Source of the DNA: Octopus vulgaris
Taxonomy: Eukaryota
Assembly (NCBI GenBank): GCA_951406725.2
Contig: OX597819.1
Span: forward strand, 54,498,001 to 54,562,000
Reading direction: 5' to 3'
DNA length: 64,000 nucleotides
Part shown: positions 49,228-63,514 of the stretch, one piece after another
How the letters are laid out: each line of letters begins with the position of its first letter
How positions within the stretch are numbered: position 1 is the first letter of the stretch
Program-made: the position numbers and the translations under genes
The notes under the pieces: model-generated
Database searches by the model: none
What the model was told of the DNA's origin: nothing
What the model saw: the letters and a program-made list of their open reading frames with translations, nothing else

Positions 49228-50957
49228 CTACAAATAAAAAGGGAAATTTTAATCTATAAATTCAAGAACACACATCTAGATTTAACATAGTTTGGTTGAA
49301 TCACGCATTAACCAAATATGGCTACAGTAAAATTTACTGACAACAACCTACCAAGGGCAATTTATGAACCAACAAAACATTGATCAGTAAATTCACCTTT
49401 AAAAGGAGATGCTATGAGATAAGCCATTTAGATATGGAATAACAGATCTGTTAGGTTTGTTGTTCACAATACTTTCTCTTCTTTTAGCACAGCTGCACTA
49501 TTATCATCTCTTCAAAGCAGAGTTTGACTAATCAGTGAATTTTCTGCACACATCTGAGTACTTCCAGTATACTTAAAAATGCTTAAATAAACATTAAAAG
49601 TATACAGAAGTTGTTATGTAAATGATTTCATGATGATTACCACTGACAAAAAAATCTTAAGAACTTTATAATAAATAAGCAATAAAAAGAAAATGTGTAT
49701 TCTATACATTATTTTTCTTTGTTCCTTAATTTTAAATTCAAGTTTCTAATCTCACCAAGTATTAATTAGAAATGATTATCTCTATTACATTAACTGTCTG
49801 CTAGGGGATACCACATATCCAATACAGGCATACCTCACCCTATGTCATTAATTGGTTCCTGGAGACATGACTTAAGTCAAATTAACTTGTCTCTAAGTTA
49901 GGCTAAGCCGAATTTACTTGTCTCTAGGCTAAACTGATAATAACCATTGCACAGTTTTTGCCTAGTAATTTCACTGACACCGTACTGGTTAACCAGAGGT
50001 TATAGAAGACACTTGCTTAACCTTTTAGTGTTTAAACCAGCCATATCAGGCCAAAATTGTCTTCCTGTTTTATGCTCAAACCAGCCAGTTCTGACCTCTT
50101 ATACCTATCCTACAAAGTCATTCTAAAAATAAACAGGGACATCATCATAATCTCAGAGTTACAAGATGCTGCACAATTGATTTAAAACAATGTAATTAAA
50201 CAGGCTTTACATATGACAGAGTATTCTGAATGCTAAAAGGTTAAGACACCAAGCAAAGGGACCAAACTGAAAACCATGAGGTTGTGAAACCACTGTCAAT
50301 TTGGGTTCATCATAAATATATTCTAATAGAAACTTAGCTGAGAGTTTCTGACAAAGGGTCTGAACTTGGAACTAGTATTAGAAAGACATTCACTTTACAT
50401 AATTTCCTATTAAAATCAATATAGAACAGATTTTTATTAAACATTCTATAAAATTTTAACTAAATACTGGAATGGGGTTTGGCTTAAATTTTAAATACCT
50501 CACAAATTTACATTAATTTTTTTTAACTAACAGAAACAAATTACAAATTGATCTGCTGTGGTAAAACTATAATGAATTATCAAAAGTTGTGATTCTAGTC
50601 CTGTTGACATAATTAAACTAGCTTTAATTAAACATGCTTGCTGTATAACACTGAGTTAGCCATGGCTGAGGAGACCTATGGTGAAGGACATTTTAGTTGG
50701 GATCAATTTGCCTTCTATACAGACAGTTTCTAGGACTACACTATCAATAATCTGTATCTTTTTTTTTAAGGTGTGATTTAATGGGAATTTGGCAGCTATT
50801 TCTAACAAGAGAAGCAACTATGTAGGGACTGACTTCTTGGGTTGATTAAATTTGGTTTGTAGTGCTAGCTAGGTAGAATATGAACGGGGGCTATAAACTG
50901 TGGCTGGAGATCGGGTTATTTGTTTTTCATGATCTTTTAAAATATTTAAAAGCTTAC

Positions 50958-51076
50958 TTTCACTTCATACTGTCCACCCTGGTCAATTTGAACGAGTTCT
51001 GAGCCATTGGCTACCATGGCTTTTGTCTGTCTATCAATAGTCAAAATAATCCAGCTACTGAACGATGGCTGGAGAC
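50958..51076 (-). CDS. VPS16: VPS16 exon 6 (LQPSFSSWII...GQYEVK)
   Basis: CAG/GTAAGC boundaries, phase 1 to 0. Confidence 0.9.
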
Positions 51077-52009
51077 CTGAAAATAACCAAAATAACATAT
51101 TTCATTATTTCATATAAACTGAAAAAGACCTATATACAAACAATAATTCTCTAGTATTATTAAGTAATAAAACTGAAAGTCCAGCCATGTTGTATTGTCT
51201 CAAGTTAATTTGACCTGAGAATCACATTCAGTATATATGATGCAGAATACATAACTGCTTACATAATAATTTCTTGAATAGGAGTGAAGTTGGTAGAACA
51301 ACTGAGTACCCATTGTTGAAGCCAAAAGAGAATTCATCACAGAGCTATAGTGGTAGTAGTGGATTCTTTTCTACTCCAGGTAAAAAGCCTGAGATTTTTG
51401 GGGAGAGGCCAGTTGATTACATTGACCCCAGTATGCAACTGGTACTTAATTTATCGACCCCGAAAGGATGAAAGGTAAAGTCAACCTCGGTGGAACTTGA
51501 ACTCAGAACATAAAGATAGACGAAATACCACTAAGCATTTTGCCCAGCGTGCTAATGTTTCTTATTTCCTTATTGCCCACAAGGGGCTAAACATAGAGGG
51601 GACAAACAAGGACAGACAAAGAGACTAAGTCAATTACATTGAACCCAGTGCATAACTGGCACTTAATTTATTGACCCCGAAAGGATGAAAGGCAAAGTCA
51701 ACTTTGGCGGAATTTGAACTCAGAACGTAACAGCAGACAAAATAACGCTAAGCATTTTGCCCAGCGTGCTAACGTTTCTGCCAGCTCACCACTGGTAGCA
51801 GTGTATTAGCAAAGATTAAATGTTTAGATTTATATCATTAGCATTGAAATATATAATTAGACATTTCGAACAAAACTAAGTGAAAAGCATAAATATGAAC
51901 ACTCTATAAAAGACATTTTGTATCAGAGTACAAGAGGTGGTATTGGGTGGGTTGGTATCAAAAAGGTGAAGTAAAGCAACTTATTTTAGCAGGAAATATT
52001 CTCACTCAC

Positions 52010-52154
52010 CAGGAACTTCAGCAAGACGTCGGATTCTAGAATCTTCAACATTGTTAACAATAAATACTCTAAGAGAATTGGTTATGATGGCAATGCCTGT
52101 GCCGTGGAATCCTTGGAACACTTTGCAATCTTTGACTTTCAAAGTTTTTGCCTC
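52010..52154 (-). CDS. VPS16: VPS16 exon 5 (EAKTLKVKDCKVF...RRLAEVP)
   Basis: CAG/GTGAGT boundaries, phase 0 to 1. Confidence 0.92.
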
Positions 52155-53109
52155 CTGGAAAAAAATTTAACAAAGCAATTTTTGAGAGAAAAGTTTCAAA
52201 TTATTGACAAATATTTATGTAAAGGCACCTCAAATTTCTTGTAGGACAATTTGTAGCACAATAAAGATCAATGATGTTCTCATTGTGCGTACACGCATAC
52301 ACATTTTTGAAGCTGGAAACATTCAGAAATTACTCAAATCTCAAGTACAATACTTTAGAAGTGTTACAAACGAGACTTTAGTATCAGAGTTATTATTGTG
52401 GTGTTTTCATCTTCAAATATGTATACACACACACACACACACATATATATATTAGTGAAGATGGTAGTGGGTAGCGATTTTCTTCACTACTTCAGGGAGT
52501 GACGACCGTGCCTGACATGAGTCCCGGGCTCAGCTGACTCCGGCTGACAGTTCCCGGTATGGGCCCCTATCAAGGGTTATGGAAAGGAGACAACCTTCAA
52601 AGAAACCCGGAGTGGAGCCCCATAGGCAGTTTAGTGTTTGACTCTACACTCTTCCGGCAGCTCCTGCAACCAAGCTGGTGTCAAACGTAATGCTCTACAC
52701 TCCTTTGGACCACATCGGCAAGGTCGAGAGAGGAATCCTGATGATTGAGCTACCCAGGATTTTCTTACATCTAGCCCAGGTCTGTGCAAAACTGGAGAGG
52801 AAACGGGAGAGGACATGAAAGGTAAAAACTAGACTGGATTAGTTTATGCACAACTCCATTGTCTCCCAAGACAAAAGGATGCCAACAAGTGAAGATGATT
52901 AATTTGCTGTTAACAAACAATTATCAACATCCCAATCTTCATTTTCTTTTTCTTTTTTTTTTATATGAATATAAACTATATGTTTAAATATATATATATG
53001 TATATACCTATTATTTTAAAGAAATTAATCCCCCCAAAATACTAGGTATTGAACCAGTATTTCTTTGGATGAAACCAATACCTTCACAAGGTTAAGACAA
53101 CCTCTAATC

Positions 53110-53153
<44 letters not shown>

Positions 53154-53169
53154 TATATATACATACACA

Positions 53170-53560
53170 CAAGGTGCAATGGATAAATTGTCACCATTTT
53201 ATGATTTTTATTTCGTGCATAAGAACGGTTTGTTTTTGACTTTGTTGACTACACAGTATAGTAGGGTCAATTGGGCACCGTCTATGAGAAAAACACCATG
53301 ACGCAATTCACTCTGCCAGAAATTTGGAAATGACATGCCGTACTGCTTGGCATTTGTGCTGGAAGCTCCAACACAAACATTTCAGAGTGCTTGGGTCTCA
53401 ATCTGAGGACATGTACTGAGAGTGATAAAAATCAAACATCCAGTCAACAACATGGTGTTCAGAGTGATCACTAGTTGATAGTGACGTTATGCCTCTATTC
53501 ATCTTCCTACATGGCCTGAAGTTGTCTGGAGGCTGTGGTTGAAGCCAATGGCGATTTTAT
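53170..53560 (+). mobile_element. Second, more deleted copy of the same Tc1/mariner family
   Basis: Colinear similarity to 29018-29380 and 29730-29770. Confidence 0.75.
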
Positions 53561-53688
53561 TGAGTGTCTGAAGTTTGAAAGTGTTTAGTTACAAAAAAAT
53601 ATTTTTTAAATCTGTCAGTCAAAAGGTAAAGATCCAAACAATCTATAAATATTACAAGACTAGTCAACTTTGATAGCAAACAACTTAC

Positions 53689-53817
53689 GTCACCCATGCT
53701 GAAAGTTTTCTTAAAAGTACAAAACATATTGTAGACAAGAACAACTCCATCATCCTGGATACAAAGAAGGTCTTCAGTGTTGGACCAACCAATCTGTATA
53801 AGATTTCCACTGCTCCA
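53689..53817 (-). CDS. VPS16: VPS16 exon 4 (WSSGNLIQIGWSNTEDLLCIQDDG...FSMGD)
   Basis: CAG/GTAAGT boundaries; lies within ORF 53557..53874. Confidence 0.94.
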
Positions 53818-54434
53818 CTGACAAGAAAGACAATAAAAATAAATTGAACATGAATGTTTCTCATAATGTTTCAAATAATTTTCTTCAAATTACTATCATT
53901 ATTTCGTGTTTTTTACTTCTGTTATCTAATTTGTCAAGTTCTTTTTATCTTTTAAATGTTGCAATCATTAGATTGTGGGCCATGCTGGTGCACAATGTTG
54001 AAGAATTTTAGTTGAATGAATTGGTCCCAGGACTTTTTAAAAATCCTGGCACTTATTCTATTGGTCTCTTTTACTCAACAGCTAATGTTACAGGGGACAT
54101 AAACAAACAAACACCAGTTGTCAAGTGGTAGTGGGGGACAAACACATACACAAAGACGCACACACATGCACACAGACATACACACACACACATGATGGGC
54201 TTCTGTCTACTCACAAGGTTTTTGTTGACTCAAGAATATTGTAGAAGACACTTGGCCAAGGTGCCACACAGTGGGGCTGAACCCAGAACCAGGTGGTTGG
54301 GAAGCAAGCTTCATACCACACAGCCACACCTTATCTTAAATGTTTTACAGGGATTTAGACACATGATTTTTTAAAACTATGATTAAATTATTTCTTAATA
54401 AGTTTGGAAAAATATTAAAACTCTACATACTTAC

Positions 54435-54532
54435 CCTCATGTGACTTATCTCTCTTCCAGCTGCATTGTATATATAAAGAATTGGTTTGGTATTGGAAAC
54501 TCGACCAACTTTTGAATCATCCCGAAGTAAGG
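54435..54532 (-). CDS. VPS16: VPS16 exon 3 (ALLRDDSK...REISHMR)
   Basis: TAG acceptor, GTAAGT donor, phase 1 to 0. Confidence 0.92.
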
Positions 54533-57459
54533 CTAAAAGAACAAAAATATGATGTAACAATTTTTTACTGAAAGAAGAAAAAAATTCTGCATTTTAAATA
54601 TTTGTAAAAACACTAATTTACTAATACCAAATGTGAACTTGTATTGCCACTGAAACTCCAAACATGAACCCTACACCTCGAGAATGAATGATGACTATGG
54701 CTACGGTGTCTGCACAATACAATGCACTTGCTCTCCCTGTGAGGCATTTGTCAAATTTGCAAGCTGGATTTTTGGGTTGCAGGCAGAACCATTATTTTGA
54801 CAGCTGGAACTTTAAGGCTAGCTGTTGAATGTGGTCAGCATTCGTGAGGGACACGGTAAACATACTGGTTGAAACTAATTCAAACCTACTGGGACAAATC
54901 TTGTAATGGCATTCACTCAACTCCAATTGAGTCTATTAAGCCAGCTCCAATTGAATTCACCGTGTCACAGGTCAAAGCAGTCCATGCATGCCTATTGGTG
55001 ACTGATTCTGCAGCGTGTTGAAGCCATTCCCGGTTCCAGTGATGAATGCCAAAGACTTGAGTGCTGGAAACAAGCTCCATGAGTACTTTGACTGTTGTGA
55101 GCCATGCCTTCAGCTGACCACCTCTCCACTTATGTCAACCCAGAGAAGATCTGTTGCTATTGCCTGCTGAATGAGTCCAGTATGGGAGTATTGCAACGTG
55201 TGACCAAACCACTGCTGTCTCCTTGTCGGAAGAGTTCCCTCAAGAGGTGAGAGACTGCAACAAGTTGTTTGTTAGAAACACAGTCTGAGGTATGCAGTCA
55301 GAGAAGACGATGAATACAGAAGTAATCAAAGACCTCCAGCTTCTGGAGATCAGCAACATGGTCAGGTCTCACAAGCATAGAGGAGAACTGTTTGGACAAG
55401 CACCTAATAAATATAGCATTTTGTCGTGAGGCAGATTTCCTGACATGACCACAAGCACATATAGAGGAAACAGAACCTTGACCATGCATGATTGATCCAA
55501 ATGGAGCTCTTGTCCTTTCCCTGGCTTGTGGCAGCAGAGGTTGAATGCTAACACAAGTACAAGCAAGAATAATTTACTAATAAATAAAGCTTACTCTTCC
55601 TGTCTTAACTACAGTGATATGAATAGAAAATCTATAGCATGAATCAATGAAACTATAATTTTTTTTACTTTGATTTTAATGTTGATATTATGTTCAAGAA
55701 AAAGCCTATCAATAATGTTAGTTGGAGTGTTGGCCACCCTTGTTGCTCTCCATTCAGTGTTAATAGTCACTGATAAAGACGAAGCCATTGGTATTCTTCA
55801 TTTCTGGAAGTAGATTCTGTTTTCTAACTGGAAATTCATTGTTTCATTTTTATCAATAACAAAATAGTATTTCCAGTAAGTTCTCCACTTAAAGGTTTTT
55901 AAAAATTTTTTTCTGGAAGATTTAGGATATTTCCTATTTGACTTCCAACCACTGACAAGCTTCATCTGTTGAAAATATTATAATCAAGTTTACAACTCCA
56001 AGTATGGGCTGGCATACCATTCATTATTAAAAAAGAAAATCTGAGTTTTTTTAAACATAAGATGAAAGATTTCCTTAGAAAATTAGTAATATTTATGTGA
56101 AGATGTATCAGATGTGATGTATTTGTCCTTAAATTACAACTAGTTAATTTATAAAATTTAACCCTTTAGCATACATACCGTACAATGTCATTCTAAATTT
56201 AAACAATTGCATTATCAAAATCTTGAAGCTATGAGATAATGCATAATTAATTAAAAATACTGTGAATAAATATGTATTACATTTAACAGCGTAATCAGAA
56301 TGTTAAAGGGTTAATATATGTGAACTGAATATTATAAAAATTAAATTTAATAGATCTTAAGTGAATGCCCTATTTAATATTTTTGATTTATTTCGTCATT
56401 GTCTTTTAATGTCCATATTCCATGCCTAGCATAGCATAGATGGTTTGACAGGATCCAATGAGTCTTTAAGTACTGTTTCATGTCCCAGTGTCTGCTTTGG
56501 AATAGTTTCTCTGGCTGAATACTGCCCCTAATGCCAAGTACTTTACTGGAGTGTACCAGGTTAGGGTTATTTCATGACATCAATACCAGCAAGGTTGCCA
56601 TGCAGCTTGCAAGATTAAGAGCTCCTTTGATTGAGTGGGACTACAGCAAAGAGGACTCTAATTATTACTAAAAGACTGTCATAGGATTTGAACTCAGAAC
56701 TGAAAGAGAAAAACTGGATACTATAAAGTATTTAGTCTAGTATTCCACAACACCTATTAAGTGCATAAAGGTGAAGGTGTGAGAACACAGGACTTCACAG
56801 TATGTAGTTTTATAAATACTTATTACCAAGAGAAAAATAAAATAAGTTCCAGGTGTGTACAAGGTCAGTTCAACTGACAGTTCTCATCCTTACAAATGAG
56901 TGGCTTTGTGCCTATAAAACAAGGCATTTTTAAGCACATATTTTTCATAATTCTTTTATACTTCAGGCAAAAGGCTTGAAATTTTATTGGGGGGGGGGGG
57001 GCAGTCGATTACATCAACCTCAGTACGCAACTGGTACTTAATTTATCGATCCCGAAAAGGATGAAAGGCAAAGTTGACCTCAGTGGAATTTGAACTCAGA
57101 ACGTAAAGATAGATGAAATACCACTAAACATTTTGCCTGGTGTGCTAACATTTCTGGCAGCTCATCGCCTTAAAAAAATATAATATTCTTTTCTACTCTA
57201 GGCACAAGGGATGAAATTTTGGGGGAGGGTGGTATCGATTAGATTGACACCAGTATGCAACTGGTACTTAATTTATCAACCCCGAAAGGAAGAAAGGCAA
57301 AGTCAACTTTTGTGGAATTTGAACTCAGAATGTAAAGACAGACAAAATACCGCTAAACATTTCGCCCAGCATGCTAACGTTTCTGCCAGCACACTGCCTT
57401 AATATTTTTCATAATTGACAGACAAGTACTGCCGACAACTCTCAAAAGTGTCTGCTCAC

Positions 57460-57554
57460 CAATGGGTCCAGCAAATGGGGCTGCAGCCACTCTATTTTTG
57501 GAGAGGTCCACATTGCCATTGATGATCCAATCCATGGTATAAATTTCTGTTTTT
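57460..57554 (-). CDS. VPS16: VPS16 exon 2 (KTEIYTMDW...AAAPFAGPI)
   Basis: CAG acceptor, GTGAGC donor, phase 2 to 1. Confidence 0.93.
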
Positions 57555-58199
57555 CTGCAAAAAATAGAATAGTTTGTTTTACAGTAAAAAGAATTTAAAA
57601 ACTGAGTGCAGTTTATAGTTTATAAGGAACTGGGTGATAATGAAAGAATGCAATAATGGAAAATGTCAAATATGTGGATTTATGAGAGTGATGTTGATGT
57701 TAGAGAATGCTAAATATTTCTACTCAGTGTAGGTGGTTGCAAAATAAGACTGTAGGTTTGATGCATAGATTTGAGTTTCAGGTAATAAATACGATGTAAA
57801 TAAGTAGGAATGTTCAAGGCCTATCAGTATAAGAATACGGTTGTACTTGGTATATAGGAACACAATATCATGTGGGCAGCATAAACAAAGGGTGCACAAT
57901 AATTGCAATGTGAATTGAGACAATGACATAGTTAACAGCAAAGGACAAGGTGCACAAAAGCAGTTACGAAATTCTAAAACTCAACAAAGATTAAGACCAG
58001 AAGTGATGGAGTTAGAGATATAATTGTTGTGGTTAAAACCAGTGGACCAGGAATGAAATTTCGTTAGTGAATGCAAACTCAGGCCCAAATTTTTTTTACA
58101 AACAAGGCTGATGTTTTTACAGTCTTAATATCAAAACAAACACAAGTATAACAATATATTATATTATTATACAAGGAAAAGTAATGCTTCAAATCACTC

Positions 58200-59000
58200 T
58201 AAAAATAATTCTTTACTTGCTCGTTTTGGCGATGAAGCTTTCCAAGAGGATGTCCAAAGTGCTTTCATTGCACAAACTTTTATGTACATGCATTACAGCA
58301 CAGTATGTCGGACGATGCTTCATCACTGTGGTTCGAAGTCAGGTCTTCAAACATCAAAGTGTGCTGAACATTCTCTTGCTTGATGCAACATGATGACATT
58401 TTCATCACAAAGACAGGTCCATAGCACTTTCAGAAGGATGGTGATTTAGTGAACAAAGTTCAATGCATCAGTGACCATGGCAACCGTAGATCCTTACTTC
58501 TTTGAGTCCAAGGTCCGGAGAGTGGTTTTCACAGTGTACAAAATAAGTACCAGGAAACATGTATTTTAATCTCTTTTGTATGTCTGAAATGTTTCTGCTC
58601 ATGGTACATGCACAATCAAAGGCAAAAGCAGCATAATTTTGATGATTTTGTATGCGTATTTTGTTTAAAGGAGGCCTTTTTAACTGACATCACTGGTTTA
58701 CCAACCTTTTTCAGAAAATGACATCAGATAGTTCTGGAAACAGTTGTTTTGCCAAAGAGCTTGAAAAGTTCTCCACTTGTAAGACCTGGCTTCTTTACAG
58801 CTTCATGCTTAATTTGTGACAGAGAACATTGAGAAACAGTCTTCAACTGACCCTTGTCGACTCTCTATCTTCGTAAGAGCAATTTGGTGATACCTTCCAT
58901 TTATTTTGGATATTTCTAATGTTGATTTACCTTCTGTAAGTTCAGAAGTAATATGAGATTTCTCACGTTTTTTACACTCCATGTGTATATAATTATTGCC
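58200..59000 (-). mobile_element. hAT transposase remnant (catalytic region)
   Basis: AFDCACTMSRNISDIQKRLKYMFPGTYFVHCENH at about 58515-58640 resembles the hAT DGAxxMxG...HCxxH motif; boundaries approximate. Confidence 0.6.
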
Positions 59001-59240
59001 ATCATTCTGTGGAAATTTTGTTGAATCCCAATGAGTAGTTTTTAAATAAAATAAACAAATGTTAATAATTTGAAACACAGTGCATAGACACGAGTGCATG
59101 TGTGCACACATGCATGATGGGCTTCTTTCAGTTTCTACTAGATACACTGTCAAGGCTTTGGTTGACTCAAAGTTATAGCAGAAGACTCTTGTCCAAGATG
59201 CCACGCAATGGGACTGAACCCAGAACCATGTAGTTGGGAG

Positions 59241-59690
59241 GTTTCAGTTGTAGGACTGCAACCATGGTGGAGCACCACTTAAATTCATTTTCTTTCAGAT
59301 TTGTTCTGTGATTGGATTGGTAACAGCTGATCTTCTCTGAATGCATCCTTGAATGACTGACTAGTCCAGTATTATTGTTAGTTTAGAAGTCTCTTTTATA
59401 TTTCCGATTACTTTAGGCAGGAAGTTGAACAGTTGAGGACCTCTTAATATCAGACTGGTACAATTAAGTGATTTTGCTTGTGATTTCGAAGGTGGTATAT
59501 CTAGTGGTATATCGCACACTGTGTTGGAGTGAGAGAGGAGGACATTTGTTTCCAGGTCTTCTTGGATAAAGATCGCTATTTCTCTTTGTTTCCATTGTTC
59601 TGTTGTTAGTTCTGAGTAGTACAAAACCAAACAAATGTACTTCTGCATCCAATATATCTGAGATCAGGCACGTTTTACAAGAGCTTCACA
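59241..59690 (-). mobile_element. Degenerate, internally deleted relative of the same LINE
   Basis: Peptides AIFIQEDLETNVLLSHSNTVCD and LRGPQLFNFLPK match the EN and C-terminal segments of the 32.5-kb LINE; same 3' motif (GGTGCTCCACCATGG...CTGAAAC). Confidence 0.7.
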
Positions 59691-61966
59691 TATTATCTTT
59701 TCTCACTGTGCATGATACTTTTGTTTGATTTGCGAAGTGCAAAAGGCCATGTACATTTGGCATTATTATTGAGTTGAGTTTGTGGGTTAATGACAATAAT
59801 GGTGTGGTTGTGCACTGGGGTAATAACTGTTGGTGCTGTGTGAGAGCTAGAAGTTGTTCTATTTTTTAAAAATTTCTTTTGCCAAATATAGTAAGGGTAG
59901 TAGCAATTATGATAATGATAGATCACTTGTGGTATTTTACATTTCAGCTATCCACTTCCTCATTTCCTTGAAATACCCCAAGTAACCCATCATTATCATA
60001 ATCGCTACAACCCTTACCACAAATAATCAATAGCAACAACAAGATCAGTACTGGATGTCATTTCTCAATACATAAACAATTGCTGACCTATTAAACAAGT
60101 CTCCAGCTCTTCTCCAGTCAGGCCACTTAAATTATTTTCGGAAAAACACAAGAGATCCATCATCACCATTGTCATCCTATTCTACTGCTGCTGCTGCTGC
60201 TACTACTACTACTAAATAGCAAAGAACCACTCTGCCCTCTTCGTTCACTCAGTCTGAATGTATATCTGACAGCTCCATGATGAATCTGCCAATATTTCTA
60301 GGGATTTTGGGGCATTTTCTTTTTATTTACTTTAGTTCTTTGTTCCTATTTTCTGAGCCAGGAAAAGGTAAGTAGGGGGTGCAATATTGAATTTTGCACC
60401 CAGATAAAATCTCAGGGGTGCAAGTGCACCACCTATTCCCAGGCACTTGGTTAAAGCCAAATGAAAGGCAAATTAAATAGTATGTGTTATAAGAAGGATT
60501 AGAGTGAAATAGTTTTTGAAGATCAAGAAACTGGCATGGGAGCTGGTACATGCTCTGGTTATGCAATGGGAATTTAAAGGACAGGTCATCATTGTTATTT
60601 CACCTTAGTTTGATCCATCGTGACCATTCAGTTTTTATTTATTTATTCTTTTATTACAAGAACTACTTTCTATAATGTGTTCTTCTTCTTAAGACAGCGG
60701 AGGCAGGTTACAGAAAGATTTGGTTGCTATTTCCAGAGGGTTGAGTGCCTATGTAGAGGCTCTGTTGACAGGGAATTAAAAACATTTGCTTGTTAGATCA
60801 GTAAACGGATGTCGCGCACATGCACACATGTAAAAGTAGGCGTGAAGTGTTTTTGACACTATAAAGGAAATATATAATGGTATTTGTTGCTGTTTGGTCC
60901 TCGGGTCAATTTGATCGAGCAGATATGTGATCATGTCGTCTTCGTAAGGGTTATCTATGACGTATACAATATTTCGTGTGTAATTTCTTTAAGATAATAA
61001 ATTTGATTAAGGGAGCTTTAGCTGCTTTTTCTAGCCGAACAAAAGGCTACGTAGAAGCTCCTTTGCATCCTCGCGGAATAACTAGTTTTATTAATAAGAT
61101 GTCTGAAACCATACATTTATTAACTGTGTAGAGAGACAGACAGAATCTTCAGGCGAATAATACTAGATATTGTCAATAAGGATGAGCAGAACAATTTGCA
61201 TAGTTTCTGCATATATTTATAGTCTGTTGACAAAGCAAACCAGGAACCTGTTAGAGAATAAGGTTTGGGCATAATTATTTCCTATCAGGAACTAAATTGA
61301 GAAATGAGAAATAGCGACATATTTGTAAAAAATACAAAGTTGTGCCAATTTTTCGATAGACTTCACTTGAATTTTTCAACATCCAAGCAAAGTTTATGAA
61401 TGAATTGTTAAAACACATAGTAAACAACTGTTTGCACTTTGAGCCAAAATTGCTACCATTAAATGTGAATGTGTTTAAATCAAGAAAAACAGAGAGAATA
61501 AAAATTTTGCATTTAACCCTCCCACATACTGTATCAATAGTATTAGTTAAAGAAATACATTTTCTTCTTTAAAGAGATATAAACTTTTAAAATCTAGACC
61601 GAATCAACATCATATCGGCATACATATATTTGAAACCAAAATATTGCATTAATTATAGAGGGGTTTAACATTACTTTTGTGATTTGATGTTTTTAAGTAG
61701 TGCTTGCAATCGATAATGAAGATTTAGATAATCAAATGATATTACTTGAGCAGTATTGGAGATTTCGTGATAAAAAACCTATCCTTAAAGAGGGAAATAC
61801 AAACCTTAAAAAATATATAAACACCCATTTTGTTCAGAAACTTAAAATAAACAATGTGGATCTTCAAGTAATAACAGAAATAAAATTTGAAGGATAAATA
61901 AATATATTCAAATACCGAAACATATGCACAAACTAGAAAGAAATGTTATTAAAAAAAGAAACTTAC

Positions 61967-62010
61967 CGATAATACTCATCTCCGAGCGGATTCCAGTTGG
62001 CAGTAGCCAT
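61967..62010 (-). CDS. VPS16: VPS16 exon 1 (MATANWNPLGDEYY-R)
   Basis: ATG at 62010; GTAAGT donor at 61966; resembles the vertebrate Vps16 N-terminus (TANWNPLG). Confidence 0.93.
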
Positions 62011-62558
62011 CGTGAAATGATTCCACTCCAAGAAATGACTAGGAAACTGTCACATGAATTAAAGGGAGGCTACTCGATGGGATCTAGTGGGCTTAGCGGT
62101 GTACTTGCGACCAGGCTAGAGATGTTGAAGTAACGCCTATAATTTAGGACTAAACAAGCAATCACTCCCCAGTTAAAAGAAAATAATCTCCTAAATGTTT
62201 TACATAAAATAGGAAAAAAACCCTAGCGTGGAAAACTATTAAGTAATTCTTGTGTATAAAGTCTATGCTTTAAAAGAAAGGGAAACTATCTATAATATCA
62301 GCATGTATACTAGTATACTTTCCTAGGAAATACAAGTTGATATTATAATATGAACTTGGAACATTTCTATGAATTAAAACATTAAAAAAAATTGATGTTA
62401 AAGATACTGAAGTTTAATAAATTTATGCTATAAACTAAATCTTGTATGGATGTATGTACGTGCGTGTGCTGTATCTTATATCCAAATTTTATCAATCAAT
62501 CAGGATATTTAATAACGTGGTTCAAATTTTGTGAAACACCGATTATCTTCCAGTCAAT
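62011..62558. promoter_or_regulatory. Putative bidirectional promoter and 5' UTRs of VPS16 and MED10
   Basis: Divergent ATGs 548 bp apart with no recognisable repeat between them; start sites not determined. Confidence 0.65.
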
Positions 62559-62689
62559 ATGGCAGACAAAACGGAACGTTTCGAGTCTTTGGAACATCAG
62601 CTAGAAACATTTATTGAAACAACTCGACAAATTAGTATAATAGTTTCAGACTTTCAACAACAAGGCCAAAACTTACTAAATCAAAAACT
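62559..62689 (+). CDS. MED10: Mediator subunit 10, first coding exon (gene continues beyond the window)
   Basis: MADKTERFESLEHQLETFIETTRQISIIVSDFQQQGQNLLNQKL followed by a GTAAGT donor; matches the Med10 N-terminal pattern LE..LE.F.E..RQ..IIVSDFQ...Q..LNQKL. Confidence 0.9.
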
Positions 62690-63213
62690 GTAAGTACATT
62701 TTATCTGTTATGTGACATTTATAATTAACATATATGATACTTGTCTAACGCCGTGTTGTCACATACTACGTCTCCGTGTATAACAGTTCCAATTATATAT
62801 ATTTCTATATTTATAAGACTATTTCTAAGGATTATCAGGGTGGATCTATACGAGGTTTTTATGTTTAAATGCAAGAAATTATTCTGCAGTTTAAAAGAAA
62901 TTATATAAAGTAAAATATACTAAATATAAAAAAGAAAAAGTGTGCAATAATCGAGGATGATTAAATATATACATTTAAAACCGAAGATCTGAACGATTAT
63001 TTAAAAAAAAAGTTATTTGTAATCAAAACAAAATAAATCGCAATTATTTATTGCCTACTCCTTACATAATTAGATAAACGTCTGTTTCACTCGTATTAGT
63101 TGGTCATACGCAATGTTTGAAACAACAAAACATATTAAAGTAAAACTGGACGTTCATGTGAGAATTTCTGCCAAAGGGTATGATTTGTTGTATGAATCAC
63201 ATATATATGATTC

Positions 63214-63264
<51 letters not shown>

Positions 63265-63466
63265 GTCACAACATGGGACCTTGAAGACTGTTTAAATGCA
63301 AGAAAGTATACTAGTCCCTTAATATTTGACATACAATATTTCATCTATTCAATAAGACAATCAATACTTCATTTCATTTTACTATATATACTATATATTC
63401 TATATTCTACATTAATATTATAAAGAATATAAATAAAACATAAAAGAAACAGACAAAGTTGGAATT

Positions 63467-63514
<48 letters not shown>

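Larger units (their letters stand above)
22074..62010 (-). other. VPS16: VPS16 gene span (23 coding exons, 2487 nt CDS including stop, 828 aa)
   Basis: Exons were joined by hand with consistent phases into one open frame, from MATANWNPLGDEYYR to KAQLSKK*. It carries recognisable Vps16 motifs ([59 protein letters not shown]). Confidence 0.96.

Noticed and set aside
52455-52900. GC-richer intronic blocks as ncRNA or extra exons (also 38290-38640 and 54690-55560)
   Set aside because: They are not needed for the VPS16 frame and look like decayed LINE 5' or internal fragments; I cannot assign them without a search.
61700-62133. Plus-strand ORFs overlapping the VPS16 start
   Set aside because: They are short with no recognisable domain, and 61924..62133 is simply antisense to exon 1.
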